Part shown: one piece after another, positions 1-11,922 of the stretch | How the letters are laid out: the number at the start of each line of letters is the position of its first letter | How positions within the stretch are numbered: position 1 is the first letter of the stretch | Source: an uncultured Chloroflexia bacterium | GTDB lineage: Bacteria; Chloroflexota; Limnocylindria; Limnocylindrales; CSP1-4 | DNA: 64,000 nucleotides | Direction: 5' to 3' | Assembly (NCBI GenBank): GCA_963828165.1 | Contig: CAWHDR010000001.1 | Location: 2,240,001 to 2,304,000, forward strand | Program-made: the position numbers and the translations under genes | Notes under the pieces: generated by a model | What the model was told of the DNA's origin: nothing | The model's input: the letters and a program-made list of their open reading frames with translations, nothing else | The model's database searches: none

Positions 1-495
1 TAGAGTCCGCGAATGCCAGCCCGGCAGCCTCCAGAAGGCGGACATGCTGTTCACCCCGTCCCGTGCTCCCTGGGCGTCGACCCCGTTCTGACGGGGAAGG
101 GGATCGACGATCTCGGCGGATCTGATCATGCTGCCGCGCATGGGCCACGTGGCATAGCGCCGAGCCCTTCGCGGCTTCGTCTGGGCCGGGTCGACGGACC
201 GACACAAGGCAGCCTCGGATGGCGTCGGCTCCGCGAATCATGAGCACTGCGGGCTTCTGGTGGGCGAACGCAAGGCTGATGTAAGAGTCGATCCGAACCT
301 GTCCCCCGCAACCTTCGTATCAATTCGTCCAGACTGCCCTCACAACACGGGCAGCCTTCGACGGGACCTCAAGGACCCGCCTCGACTGCGGCTCGGTCCG
401 CGGAATGGACCGAACCAAATGCTGGACGTGTCGTCCCCCAGCTGGTCGACGCACCGTAGCCGACTGCGGCTGCCCCGAACCTGGAGGACGCACCA

Positions 496-1013
496 ATGCG
501 TCGATTCGTACCGCTCCTGATCGGAGCATTACTGTTGGCCTTCGTCCTGCCCGGCGCGGTCGCGGCGAAGCCGCCGACGACCCATCCGGTCACCGTCCCG
601 GTCACGGGCGTCTCGGACACGGGCGATACCCTCGCCGGTACCTTCGAGATCACCCGCTTCGAGCGCAGGGTGGCGAGCTCGTCGCCGTCGGCAACCTGAC
701 CGGCACGCTGACGACCGTCGCCGGGACGACTACCGCAGTCAGCGAGAGCCTGGCTCTGCCGGTTGCGATCACGGGCACATGCGCGATCCTGGATCTGACG
801 CTCGGGCCGCTAGATCTCGATCTGTTGGGTCTCGTGATCCATCTCGATGTCGTCCACCTGACCATCGATGCCGAGTCGGGCCCCGGCAACCTGTTGGGCA
901 ACCTGCTGTGCGCGATCGTCGGCTTGCTGGACGGTGCCGGCCCGCTTAGCGCGATCGCCGCGCTCCTGAACAGGATCCTTGCCATCCTGCAGTCGATCCC
1001 GCTCCCTGTGTAA
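496..1013 (+). CDS. Secreted hypothetical protein (signal peptide; C-terminal CxILxLxLGPLDLxLLGL-type domain), split by a frameshift near 662
   Basis: RBS GGAGG at ~483. ORF 496-699 has a signal peptide (MRRFVPLLIGALLLAFVLPGAVAA). The coding sense continues in the 405-1013 frame (AQGGELVAVGNLTG...GTCAILDLTLGPLDLDLLGL) if one base is restored at TTC GA(G) GCG. Confidence 0.7.
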
Positions 1014-1028
1014 CCCGTAGCGTTATTG

Positions 1029-1068
1029 ACGGTGCCGCGTCCCTCTGGGGCCGGCACCGTTTTCATTT
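1029..1068 (+). terminator. Intrinsic terminator hairpin
   Basis: Stem ACGGTGCCG...CGGCACCGT followed by TTTCATTT, between convergent genes. Confidence 0.7.
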
Positions 1069-1079
1069 GCCCGCGAGCT

Positions 1080-1704
1080 TCAAGCCAGCCCGATCACCCC
1101 GAGGAGCGGCTCGCCGGTCGACTGGCGGAATCCGACGGTCGAAAGGTGAAGTGCGATGTCGTCGCGATCCGGCCAGTTCGGGTCGTAGACGCGGACCGTG
1201 GTGGGGCCCGTCGAGACCTTCGGTCTCGTAGGCGAAGGCCAGGACCTGGTGGTCTCGATCGAGGTGCATCGGGTTCATGCCGTGATGCCGGATGAGGCCG
1301 ACCATCGCGAGCTTGCCAGCATCGATCTCGGCGCGGATCCGCGGCCACTCCGCCTCGACGGTCCGGCGCGCCAGGGCGGCCGGGTTCATCGACGCGGCGC
1401 GCCAGAAGCGCAGCGGGATGCGCATGAAGTCGAGCGACAGGATCTGACGCCGGACGATCGCCTTGAACAACGGGGAGCCGTTAGCCGGGGCAGTCACGTC
1501 GGCCGGGATCGGCTGGCCGGCCCCAAAGCGTTCGCGCACGAACCAACTCATCCCACCGCACAGGCCTGCCTTCGCGTCGCCCACGCCGACCAACCGGGGG
1601 TCGAGGAGGCCGAGGCGGATCGTCGGTCCGGGCTCCCAGCGGTTCGCGAAATGGAGGCCGTTGGTGCTCGGAAGGAATCCAGCGACGGCATTGGATTCGG
1701 TCAT
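1080..1704 (-). CDS. Putative papain-like (Cys-His-Asp/Asn) peptidase/hydrolase, frameshifted near 1205
   Basis: Motifs GLCGGMS and DHQVLAFAY. Removing one base in the GGGG/CCCC run gives TVRVYDPNWPDRDD...GEPLLGVIGLA-stop. Confidence 0.6.
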
Positions 1705-1740
1705 GTCGACGAGTATCCCCCGGACGCCGCGAGCTGGGAC

Positions 1741-3633
1741 CTAATCGTCGCTCGTGGGGGACTCAGCAGGCGTCGGCTCCGACGACGGCAAGGACGGGGG
1801 CGGAGAGGCGATCACTCCGAAGGACTCGGTCGTCGCGCCCGTGGCGGCGGGGACCTCGACTGGCGTCTCCACCGGGCTGACGGCCGGGGCCGCATCCTTG
1901 CCCACGGTCACCCGGATGATCGGCGGTTCGACGCCGCGCGCCGTCAGCGATCCAGCCTCCGGCGTGAGGATGTCCAGGATCAGCAGGTAGTCACCCGCGA
2001 CACTCGGGGCGAACAGCCGAAGGTTGGGCCTGGCGACCGCTCCTGGCTTGAAGCCAGCCGGCAGCTCGGCGGAGGTGACTGAGGCAGCGTTTGCTGCGTC
2101 TTCCTGCGCCGGGTCATCCAACGGACCCAAGGCGACCCACGTGCCAGTCATCCGGGCGCTCTCGCCGGGCACGCTGCCCTCCGGATCCCGAGGATCGTCG
2201 AAGGCGACATGACCCCAGGTCTGCCGTCCGAGATTGGCGACGGGGACCTGCAGGTCCACGGCGGCGCCCGGCGCGAGGGCGAGCAAGGCCGGGGCGTCGA
2301 AGCCGGCGTCGAGGTCACCCGTCACCCGGAAGATGAGCGAGGGGACCTGGGCCTGGGTCACGGGGTCGTAGGCCACGCCGTCTTCGTCGTGCAGCGTCAC
2401 CGTCAAGCGGTACCGCCCGGGCGCGGTCGGCGTGGCCACGTGGACCGCCATCTGCCCTCGGCCGATCTTCAGGGTCGCGGGCGCGATGACGTCGCCGATC
2501 CGCTCCGGGGTGATGAGTCCGAAGTCCGGTGTCACGACCTCAGGGACGGGCCGGTCCGCCTCCGGGGAAGGGTCGCCGAGATCGACGGCGGGCTGGATCA
2601 GGTCCCAGCGAGCGCTGGCCTGGAGCTTCTTGGGCAGCTTGTCGCGATCATCGATCTTGAATGGGATCCGGTAGTTGATCCTGCCACCCGCGACGGTGGA
2701 GCCCTGGAAGCTGGGGACGCCGATCGCGATGCCGCTGCCGGCCAGGGTCGGGACGAGCGCCGCAGCGTCCGCCGGTGTCTGGGCCGCCGCAGCACTCAGT
2801 GCGCTGCCGCGAGCGTTGCGCAGCACGTCGGCCGAGGCGAGCCCCTTCTTCAGGACGATCGACCGCGAGAACCCGGAGTTGCTCCGCTCGGGATCCATCT
2901 GCGCCACGTAGCCGTTGCTGCGTGAGCTCTCGAACGCGAAGGCGTTGTGGTTGGCGGTCGGCGCTCCGCGCCAGGCCGCCTCGATCGAGCGCTGCCCGGC
3001 CAGCACGGTCCGGACCATGTGATTCGGGCTGGCGTAGGCCTCCGCGATGACGGCTGCGGCGCCGGCCTTGATGAAGCCGGCCGCGAAGTTGTCGACCCGC
3101 TGGCGGGCCATGGCCAGGGTGCCCTCGGCGACCCCCGGCTCGCTGTTGCCAGACGCGTAGCACAGGTGGTTCAGGAGCACGACCGCGTTCTTGGCGAGAC
3201 GGACGTCAGAGGCGATCGGCCCCTCCCCGAAGTACTGATGCGTGGCGTCGTTGCCGCCGGGGCTCGGGTTCAGCCCGAAACCGTTCTGTGTCGGCGGGTA
3301 GAGGCTGTCGCGGTACTGGCTCGGCCAGCCGTTGCCGTGGCCCATGTAGATGACGAGGCTGGCACCCTGCAGTGCCTTCCGGACCGCCGGCCACGTGGCG
3401 TTGGGCGAATAGATCTCCGTGACGTCCGGGGTGTACTGGCGGGCGAGCCGCGCGGCCGCGCGTGCCTCCGTGCGATACCGGGTCGTGGCCGCGCCCGACG
3501 GTCCGACCACCACGACGACCCTGGGGACGGCCCGGCCCTGAGCCGGGGCGGCCGCTGCCACGGGCGCGATGAAGCTCGCGACGAGCAGCGATGCAAGGAC
3601 GGCGATGAGGGCGCGTCTCACAACAGGCGGCAC
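1741..3633 (-). CDS. Secreted protein with N-terminal caspase/gingipain(C25)/CHAT-like His-Cys domain and C-terminal Ig-like segments
   Basis: Signal peptide [23 protein letters not shown]; motifs [10 protein letters not shown] and [11 protein letters not shown]; Pro-rich tail. Confidence 0.55.
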   Translation of the reverse strand: MPPVVRRALIAVLASLLVASFIAPVAAAAPAQGRAVPRVVVVVGPSGAATTRYRTEARAAARLARQYTPDVTEIYSPNATWPAVRKALQGASLVIYMGHGNGWPSQYRDSLYPPTQNGFGLNPSPGGNDATHQYFGEGPIASDVRLAKNAVVLLNHLCYASGNSEPGVAEGTLAMARQRVDNFAAGFIKAGAAAVIAEAYASPNHMVRTVLAGQRSIEAAWRGAPTANHNAFAFESSRSNGYVAQMDPERSNSGFSRSIVLKKGLASADVLRNARGSALSAAAAQTPADAAALVPTLAGSGIAIGVPSFQGSTVAGGRINYRIPFKIDDRDKLPKKLQASARWDLIQPAVDLGDPSPEADRPVPEVVTPDFGLITPERIGDVIAPATLKIGRGQMAVHVATPTAPGRYRLTVTLHDEDGVAYDPVTQAQVPSLIFRVTGDLDAGFDAPALLALAPGAAVDLQVPVANLGRQTWGHVAFDDPRDPEGSVPGESARMTGTWVALGPLDDPAQEDAANAASVTSAELPAGFKPGAVARPNLRLFAPSVAGDYLLILDILTPEAGSLTARGVEPPIIRVTVGKDAAPAVSPVETPVEVPAATGATTESFGVIASPPPSLPSSEPTPAESPTSDD

Positions 3634-3786
3634 TCCTGTGACGTCATGGTTCGGAGCCTAACCCAAGCGGATGCACCCGCACCATACCTCCAAGGCGTTA
3701 TCTGGGCCTTAACGGTTCACGAATCGCGGAAATGGTGCCGAGGCGCACCATCGGGCGGATCTCGGCGTTCGACGTACCATCGGACC

Positions 3787-5840
<2,054 letters not shown>

Positions 5841-5854
<14 letters not shown>

Positions 5855-7163
5855 CGCGGTGACTCCGCGGCCGGCCGCGACGGTCGTGCTCGTGCGTCCG
5901 GCGGCCGATGGGCTCGAGGTCCTCCTGACGCACCGACCGGCGACGATGGCGTTCGCCCCGGACATGCATGTCTTTCCTGGTGGGCGCGTGGATGCGGCGG
6001 ATGCGGACCCGGCCCTGACGGCGCGGTCGGTCTTGTCGGCAGCGGAGGCGGCAGAGCGGCTCGGCGGCGATCTCGAGCCGACGGCCGCGCTGGCAGCTCA
6101 CGTCGCGGCGATCCGAGAGGCCTTCGAGGAGGTCGGCGTGCTGCTGGCGGATGTCGGGCCCGGCGCGGACCTGGTCGCCGCTCGGTCGCGGCTGCTCGCG
6201 GATCCGGGCGCCTTCCCTTCCGTTGCCAATTCGCTCGACTTGCGGCTCAGGACGGATCTGCTCGTGCCGCTGTCGCGGTGGGTGACGCCGCCCTCGATGC
6301 CGCGGCGGTTCGACGCCCGCTTCTTCGCCGGCGCGTTCCCAGAGGGCGCGGCGGTGACCCTGGTCGGGGACGAGGTCCTGGCGCAGGCCTGGCACCGGCC
6401 GATCGATGCGCTCGAATCGATGGCGGCGGGTGACCTTGGCATGTGGCTGCCGACCTCGACGACGCTCATGCAGCTGGTGCACGCACGCTCGATCGAAGAG
6501 ATCGCGGAGCGTCTGGCGCCTGGTCCGCTCGGCGAGGTCGTGGACGAGGTGGTGGCCACCGATGTCATCCGGATCGAAATGCCGGCCGGTGGCGGGGTCG
6601 CCGGCCAGCCCGTCAACGCCTACCTGGTCGGTCGCGCGGGGTTCGTGCTCGTGGATCCAGGCGACCCCACGGGAGAGGCGCTGGATCGGGCGCTCGAGGT
6701 GGCCGCCGAGCATGGCGGGCGGATCGTGGCGATCGCGCTGACCCACGCCGATCCCGACCACGCGGCCGGCGCCGAGGCCGTCGCAGAACAGCTCGGCATC
6801 CCGGTGATCGTGGGCCCGGGCGGTGGACGGCACCTACCGTACGAGACGCGCGAAGTCCGCGATGGCGAGGTCATCGATGTGGGAGACGTGGCGCTGCGGG
6901 TGGTCGCGACACCAGGCCCACGGCCGGACCACGTGGCGTACGTCGTGGGCAACGGGACTGATGTCATCGCCGGCGATCTCGACGGCGTTCGCGGGGAGCG
7001 GTCGATCCTCGCGCCGCCGGACGACGCCGCGTGGCAGCGGTCCGCGTCAGCACTCCGGTCCGTTGCCCCAGATGCGAGGTGGCTCCCAGGCCACGGTGCC
7101 GTCGGCGACCGACCTATGCCCGATCGACCGGCAATGACGACGCCAGGTTCCGGAGCAGGTTGA
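5841..7163 (+). CDS. NUDIX hydrolase / metallo-beta-lactamase-fold fusion protein
   Basis: PRPAATVVL, FPGGRVD, AAIREAFEEVGV, RWVTP..RRFDARFF (NUDT19-like); C-terminal LVDPG, THADPDHAAG, TPG..DH, PGHG. Confidence 0.8.
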
Positions 7164-7716
7164 GGCCCTCGTCGACCTGTTCGGTCGTCGCATACGGTCC
7201 GGGCATCAGGAAGCACGGGCGGCCGGCCATCGCGACGCCCATCAGCTGACCCCACGGCTCCTCGAGGTCACGTCCCGCGGCGATCGTCGCGGCGCGCTTG
7301 TAGATGAACACGACGGCAGCGGGCCGCCAGAGCGCGATCTTCTGCCAGAGCGGCCCGACGCCCGCGGTGAGGTCGGCATCGCTGGCCTCGTCGTGTGGGC
7401 TCGGGGTCTTGAGCAGGTCGGTGATGCCGTGGCCGGCCGCCAGGAGGGCGTCGTCGGCCGTCTCGACATCCGTCCCCGCCGGCAGGATCTCGGCCAGCAT
7501 CAGCCGGCGCCAGAACGTCCGCCCGAGGCGACCCTGGTGGTAATGCCCGGCCTCGACGCTGCCCGGTGACGGATTGAGCCCGACGAACAGCAGCCGATCG
7601 CGGAGCGGTGGCAGGTCCGCGAGCGTGTCGACCGGGCGGCCGTCGACCAGCGTGGTCGTGACGTGCGGTCCCGGATCGGGTCGGCGGGTGATCGCCTCGA
7701 GCTCGTCCGGCGTCAC
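7114..7716 (-). CDS. Mismatch-specific uracil-DNA glycosylase (Mug/TDG family)
   Basis: LLFVGLNPS, GHYH, FWRRL, GITDL motifs. Confidence 0.75.
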   Translation of the reverse strand: MTPDELEAITRRPDPGPHVTTTLVDGRPVDTLADLPPLRDRLLFVGLNPSPGSVEAGHYHQGRLGRTFWRRLMLAEILPAGTDVETADDALLAAGHGITDLLKTPSPHDEASDADLTAGVGPLWQKIALWRPAAVVFIYKRAATIAAGRDLEEPWGQLMGVAMAGRPCFLMPGPYATTEQVDEGLNLLRNLASSLPVDRA

Positions 7717-7792
7717 GGCAAGGATGGGTGGTCAGTGGCGGCCCGGTGGTCGGCGGCGGCCAGGCGACGCGGCATCAACGAGCGCCTGTCGG

Positions 7793-8005
7793 TCAGACGG
7801 GGCCGTCGGGCTTGGCCGGCTCGTCTGGTGGGATCGGCTCGCCGGCGGCACGTGCCTGGATCTCGGCCTGCGCTTTGCCCGCTTCGGACTTGGCCTCGCG
7901 GACACCGCGTCCGAGCGCCTCCCCGAGCTTGGGCAGCGTCTTGGGGCCGCGCCACAGGAGCACGAGGACGAGGATGACCACGAGGACGATGGCGAGATCC
8001 TGCAT
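7793..8005 (-). CDS. tatA: Twin-arginine translocase TatA/TatE subunit
   Basis: N-terminal TM helix followed by GPKTLPKLGEALGRGVRE amphipathic helix. Confidence 0.85.
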   Translation of the reverse strand: MQDLAIVLVVILVLVLLWRGPKTLPKLGEALGRGVREAKSEAGKAQAEIQARAAGEPIPPDEPAKPDGPV

Positions 8006-8071
8006 GCGCCGATGGTACTCGCCCCGGGTGTGGCCGGGCGCTCAGCAGCCCGCCGGGTATCGTGGCACGCG

Positions 8072-9760
8072 ATGCTCCTCGTGTTCGGACCCCGCTCCGC
8101 CGACTTCGACTTCGGGCCTGGTCACCCGCTGACGCCGCGGCGTTTCGGACCGGGGATCGATCTGCTGCGCGCCCTGGGGGCAGAACCGGGGATCGCACCG
8201 GAGCCGGCCGCCGACGAGGAGCTGTTGTGGTGCCACACCCAGCGGTACCTGGACGCGGTCAGGCGGTTCTCTGTCGACCCGTTCGGGTTCCCGGAGGCCG
8301 GCATCGGCGAAGGTGGCGACTGCCCGCCGTTCGCGGGCATGCACGAAGCATCGGCGGCGGTGGCCGGTGGGTCGCTACGGGCGGTCGAGGCGATCCTGCG
8401 CGGGGACGTGGAACACGCGCAGCACCCGGGTGGCGGCCTGCATCACGCGATGCCGGCGCGGGCGTCGGGGTTCTGCATCTACGACGACCCGGCCCTCGCG
8501 ATCGCCCGCGCGCGACGAGACGGGCTGCGGGTGATGTACATCGACCTGGACGTGCATCACGGCGATGGGGTGCAGGCCATCCATTGGGACGATCCTGGCG
8601 TGCTCACGGTCTCCTTCCACGAGACGGGTCGGGCTTTGTTCCCTGGGACCGGCGACGTCGACGAGGTGGGGGAGGGCGTCGCGGCTGGGACCAGCGTCAA
8701 CGTGCCCCTTCCACCCGGGACCGGCGAGCGGGCGTGGCTCGCGGCCGTCGAGCTCCTGCTCCCCGAGCTGGCGGCCACGTTCGCGCCCGACCTCATCGTG
8801 TCCCAGCACGGCGCCGATTCGCACGCCTGGGATCCGCTCGCCCACCTGAACGTGACCACGACCGCCCACGGCGCGGCGGCGCGCCTCGTGGACACGTTGG
8901 CGCACCGGCATGCCGGGGGCCGCTGGCTCGCCACGGGCGGTGGCGGATACGACGCGTACCGCGTGGTGCCGCGGACCTGGGCCCTGACCTGGCTTGCCGG
9001 GGCGCATCGCGAGATCCCGGAGGCGACACCCGTCGCCTGGCGCGAGCGATGGGCGACCGAGGCGGCACGGTACGGGCAGGCGCCGCTCCCCGAGGGGTTC
9101 GACGACGAGCCCAATGCCGGGCTCGAGTTCGACGCCGCGCAGGCGGCCGTGGAGGAGGTGGCGAGCGGGGTCGCGGCGCTCGTCCGGCGCGTGCTGGTGC
9201 CGCGGCTCGTGCACGTCGGCCACGACCGCGGATGGTGGGATCCGCTCGCGCCTTCCCACGGGACCATGTCGGGAGCGGGGCCCGTTAGCGGGACGCCGAC
9301 GATCCTCCCCGAGATCGACGCCGCGACCTGGTCGGGCCTGTCGCTGGCGCCAAGGGTCATCGCGCCGGCGGATCCGAGGGCTGCCCACGGACTCGTCCTG
9401 GCTGGCCTCGCCGACGGCGCCCGGGTCACCGTCGCGGTGATCGGACCGCGGGTCGTCGGGCTCGCGATCTCCCGGGTCGATGGCGAGTCCGAAGAGCTCC
9501 TGGCCCTCGGCGTAGAGCCCTCGCATCGTCGTCACGGCCTGGCCGGCAAGCTCCTCGAGGCGCACTCGGCCGCCGATCGCGCGAGCACCGCAGAGGTCGC
9601 CCTGGCCGAGCGCGACGTCGTCGACCCGCTGGATCGTGCGGACCGCGCGTCGATCGCCCGCCGGCTGCTTGAACGGGCCGGCTACCGCGTGGTGTCGGCC
9701 GCCGGGGCGATCCGATCGGTGGATCCATCCGCGATCGTGGCCGGGCGGGGGCCGGCGTGA
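8072..9760 (+). CDS. acuC: AcuC-like Zn-dependent (HDAC family) deacetylase fused to a C-terminal GNAT-like domain
   Basis: GHPLTPRR, GGLHHAMPARASGFCIY, YIDLDVHHGDGVQ, SFHETG, QHGADSH..DPL, GGGGY; C-terminal ELLALGVEPSHRRHGLAGKLL (acetyl-CoA motif A). Confidence 0.85.
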   Translation: MLLVFGPRSADFDFGPGHPLTPRRFGPGIDLLRALGAEPGIAPEPAADEELLWCHTQRYLDAVRRFSVDPFGFPEAGIGEGGDCPPFAGMHEASAAVAGGSLRAVEAILRGDVEHAQHPGGGLHHAMPARASGFCIYDDPALAIARARRDGLRVMYIDLDVHHGDGVQAIHWDDPGVLTVSFHETGRALFPGTGDVDEVGEGVAAGTSVNVPLPPGTGERAWLAAVELLLPELAATFAPDLIVSQHGADSHAWDPLAHLNVTTTAHGAAARLVDTLAHRHAGGRWLATGGGGYDAYRVVPRTWALTWLAGAHREIPEATPVAWRERWATEAARYGQAPLPEGFDDEPNAGLEFDAAQAAVEEVASGVAALVRRVLVPRLVHVGHDRGWWDPLAPSHGTMSGAGPVSGTPTILPEIDAATWSGLSLAPRVIAPADPRAAHGLVLAGLADGARVTVAVIGPRVVGLAISRVDGESEELLALGVEPSHRRHGLAGKLLEAHSAADRASTAEVALAERDVVDPLDRADRASIARRLLERAGYRVVSAAGAIRSVDPSAIVAGRGPA

Positions 9761-10449
9761 CCGGCACCGGCGCACCAGAGGGCTTGCCCTCACGTGACCT
9801 CGTCGATGTACGGCTGGCCGCCGCGATCGAGCTCGGCGGCTGCGCTGTTTGCGCCGTCCGGGCCCGCTCGGAACGCGCGACGCTGGACGCGATCATCGCG
9901 GAGCGCGTGCTCGATATCGGCTTTCGGGAGGGACTCGAGCGCGAACATGGGTTCTGCCGCCGCCATTCGGCCGAGCTGCTCGAAGCCAATCGACAGGCGT
10001 CGGGCAGCCTCGGTTCGTCGATCCTGTTCGGGGCGATCGTCGAACGACGCGCCGCCGCGCTCCAAGCGGCGATCGGCACCCGGGGTCGGAGCCGTCGTCA
10101 GCGGCTCGCCGAAGCCGGTCGACGACCACCGTGCATCGCCTGCGGCCAGGGCGTCTCGGGTGTCGACATCGCGCTCGCCCGGCTGGTCCAGCGGAGCGCG
10201 GACCCGGCCTGGGCCTCGGCCATGCTCGAGATCCCGTTCTGCCTCGACGATCTGACGGCCTTGCTGGCCGCCGCCGGTGACGAGGCGTCGTTCGCCCCGA
10301 TCGCCGCCCATCACCTCTCCCGGCTCGACGACCTGCGTCGCCGGCTCGGTGGCTTCGTGGATCATTCCGCCCAGGACCGCCGACACCTGCTGACGGATGA
10401 GGAACGATCGGCGGCAGACGAGGCCGCGCGGCTGCTCGCGGGCGATTGA
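9757..10449 (+). CDS. DUF6062-like Cys-rich (Zn-binding) protein
   Basis: Duplicated CxxC...FC pattern: CAVC..GFCRRH and CIAC..PFCLDD; overlaps the acuC stop codon. Confidence 0.6.
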   Translation: MTGTGAPEGLPSRDLVDVRLAAAIELGGCAVCAVRARSERATLDAIIAERVLDIGFREGLEREHGFCRRHSAELLEANRQASGSLGSSILFGAIVERRAAALQAAIGTRGRSRRQRLAEAGRRPPCIACGQGVSGVDIALARLVQRSADPAWASAMLEIPFCLDDLTALLAAAGDEASFAPIAAHHLSRLDDLRRRLGGFVDHSAQDRRHLLTDEERSAADEAARLLAGD

Positions 10450-10613
10450 TGCAGTTCGTTCACCGGGGACCAGGCCGACGAGCCGTCGTCCGCCGGAAGA
10501 TCGATGCCGCCTTCGGTCGGGCCGGCAGGCCGGCCCCCCGACGGCCAAGTCAGCCGTTGAACCTTGACCCAGGATGCCGACCCGTAGCCGCGCCGTCGAG
10601 CTATCGGGGCGTG

Positions 10614-10774
10614 ATTTAGCGTGAGTGAACGAATGCACCGGCAAGCCTCTTTGTTGCCGCTGCACGCGTCTCCTCGCGTCATGATCTTCGCTCACGGTGA
10701 ACGCCCGCCGGCGTGACATCTCGGCAGGGACGACCTTATGGCGCATCCCTGGCGAGTGTTCAGTGCCAGTGAAT
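10614..10774. repeat. Array of three degenerate 17-bp palindromes at exact 72-bp period
   Basis: 10614 ATTTAGCGTGAGTGAAC; 10686 CTTCGCTCACGGTGAAC; 10758 GTTCAGTGCCAGTGAAT. Confidence 0.75.
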
Positions 10775-10818
10775 CTCGAAGAGGAAGCCGGAAGCCTCGA
10801 ACCGACTACGGGTGCCAG

Positions 10819-11571
10819 TCACCGACCGAAGGCCACGCCTCGCGGAGGTCGATCGAGCAGCGTCACCACGTCGCCTTCGGCCCTCGCCCATAGGACACCT
10901 GGTCCCGGCCATGGACCATGCCCACAGACCGCCTCAAACACATCCCTGGCGCGGGCGGGATAGAGCGCCTGGAAGGTTTCCGGAAATCGATGGGCCAGAT
11001 CCCGAGTGGTCCGCGTCGACCGAAGAACAAGCAGTCGACTGACCTCCGCGCCGGATGGCGCATTCGACCACAGGGCCGCCGACGGCAGCGACGACGCCTT
11101 GTCCTGTGCCCATCGGAAGTGCTGCTCGAGGCGGCGGATCTCCGAGCTCACCTCTGTTGCCAGGAAGAGCGGCTCGGCGTGATCCCTGAGGACGATGTCG
11201 ATGTAGCCGCGGGCGGGTCGCGTGACCGGGACTTCCACGAATGTTCGCCAGCGAGGTCGGACCGCTCGCAGGATGTGCTCGACGATCTGGCTCTGGATCC
11301 GATCATGGATCCGGGGACCTGTGTTCGGGTATGCCCTCAGCGACAGGTCGGCGCCGAGGACATCGGCGATCCCAACCAGGACCGTCGTGCTCGCCTCCGA
11401 AGAACCTTGTTCGATTCCGCACAGGTGGCCCGGACTGATCCCGACCGATCTCGCCACCGCCGCCTGCGTCAGTGCCGCATCCTCGCGAAGTCGTCGAAAC
11501 TCCCCGCCGATCGACGCTCTGACCTGCCGTGTCCGCGCGCGCCGCCGCCGCTCGTCCTCTCGTGCACTCAA
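10819..11571 (-). CDS. XRE-family HTH protein with C-terminal PD-(D/E)XK restriction-endonuclease-like domain
   Basis: HTH: FRRLREDAALTQAAVARSVGISPGHLCGIEQG. Nuclease-like core: VEVPV..RGYIDIVL..LATEVSS. Probable TTG start at 11571 with GGAG upstream; the ORF track starts at 11604. Confidence 0.75.
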   Translation of the reverse strand: MSAREDERRRRARTRQVRASIGGEFRRLREDAALTQAAVARSVGISPGHLCGIEQGSSEASTTVLVGIADVLGADLSLRAYPNTGPRIHDRIQSQIVEHILRAVRPRWRTFVEVPVTRPARGYIDIVLRDHAEPLFLATEVSSEIRRLEQHFRWAQDKASSLPSAALWSNAPSGAEVSRLLVLRSTRTTRDLAHRFPETFQALYPARARDVFEAVCGHGPWPGPGVLWARAEGDVVTLLDRPPRGVAFGR

Positions 11572-11609
11572 GGCGGAACTCCATCCTGCAAGGCGGAACT
11601 CCATCCTGC
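11569..11609. repeat. Perfect 20-bp tandem duplication CAAGGCGGAACTCCATCCTG x2
   Basis: Copies at 11569-11588 and 11589-11608, covering the putative RBS and start of the XRE gene. Confidence 0.9.
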
Positions 11610-11618
11610 CGGCGGCCG

Positions 11619-11922
11619 ATTTAGGGCCAGTGAACCAAATCTCGCTCTACCGGCGCTTATCACGCCGAGGGACCGACAGATGCAGCGCTGTCGCCACGAC
11701 GTTCACTGGCGGTGAACCCTGACGCGCCAAACTCGGGTGGTTCGGGGCCGAGCGCGGTTTGGGCCCGATCGCGTTCGCTGTCAGTGAATCCCGTCTCGGG
11801 ACGGGCTCACCGATCTGGCATAGCCCCCCGGACGTTCACTGGCGGTGAACCCTGACGCGCCAGGCTCGGGTGGTTCGGGGCAGAGCGCGGTTTGGGCCCG
11901 ATCGCGTTCGCTGTCAGTGAAT
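11619..11922. repeat. Array of five 17-bp palindromes (spacing 82, 72, 61, 72 bp)
   Basis: 11619 ATTTAGGGCCAGTGAAC; 11701 and 11834 GTTCACTGGCGGTGAAC; 11773 and 11906 GTTCGCTGTCAGTGAAT. Confidence 0.85.

Noticed and set aside
1-495. Structured leader or c-di-GMP riboswitch with short repeats (TCCGCGAAT x2, CGACTGCGGCT x2, CCGAACCTG x2)
   Set aside because: Only short matches and small hairpins; no recognisable consensus or regular spacing, and the upstream context is missing.
10614-11922. Integron attC sites (GTT...AAC ends)
   Set aside because: The order is reversed relative to attC (RYYYAAC...GTTRRRY), the sites are too short, and there is no integrase or cassette ORFs.
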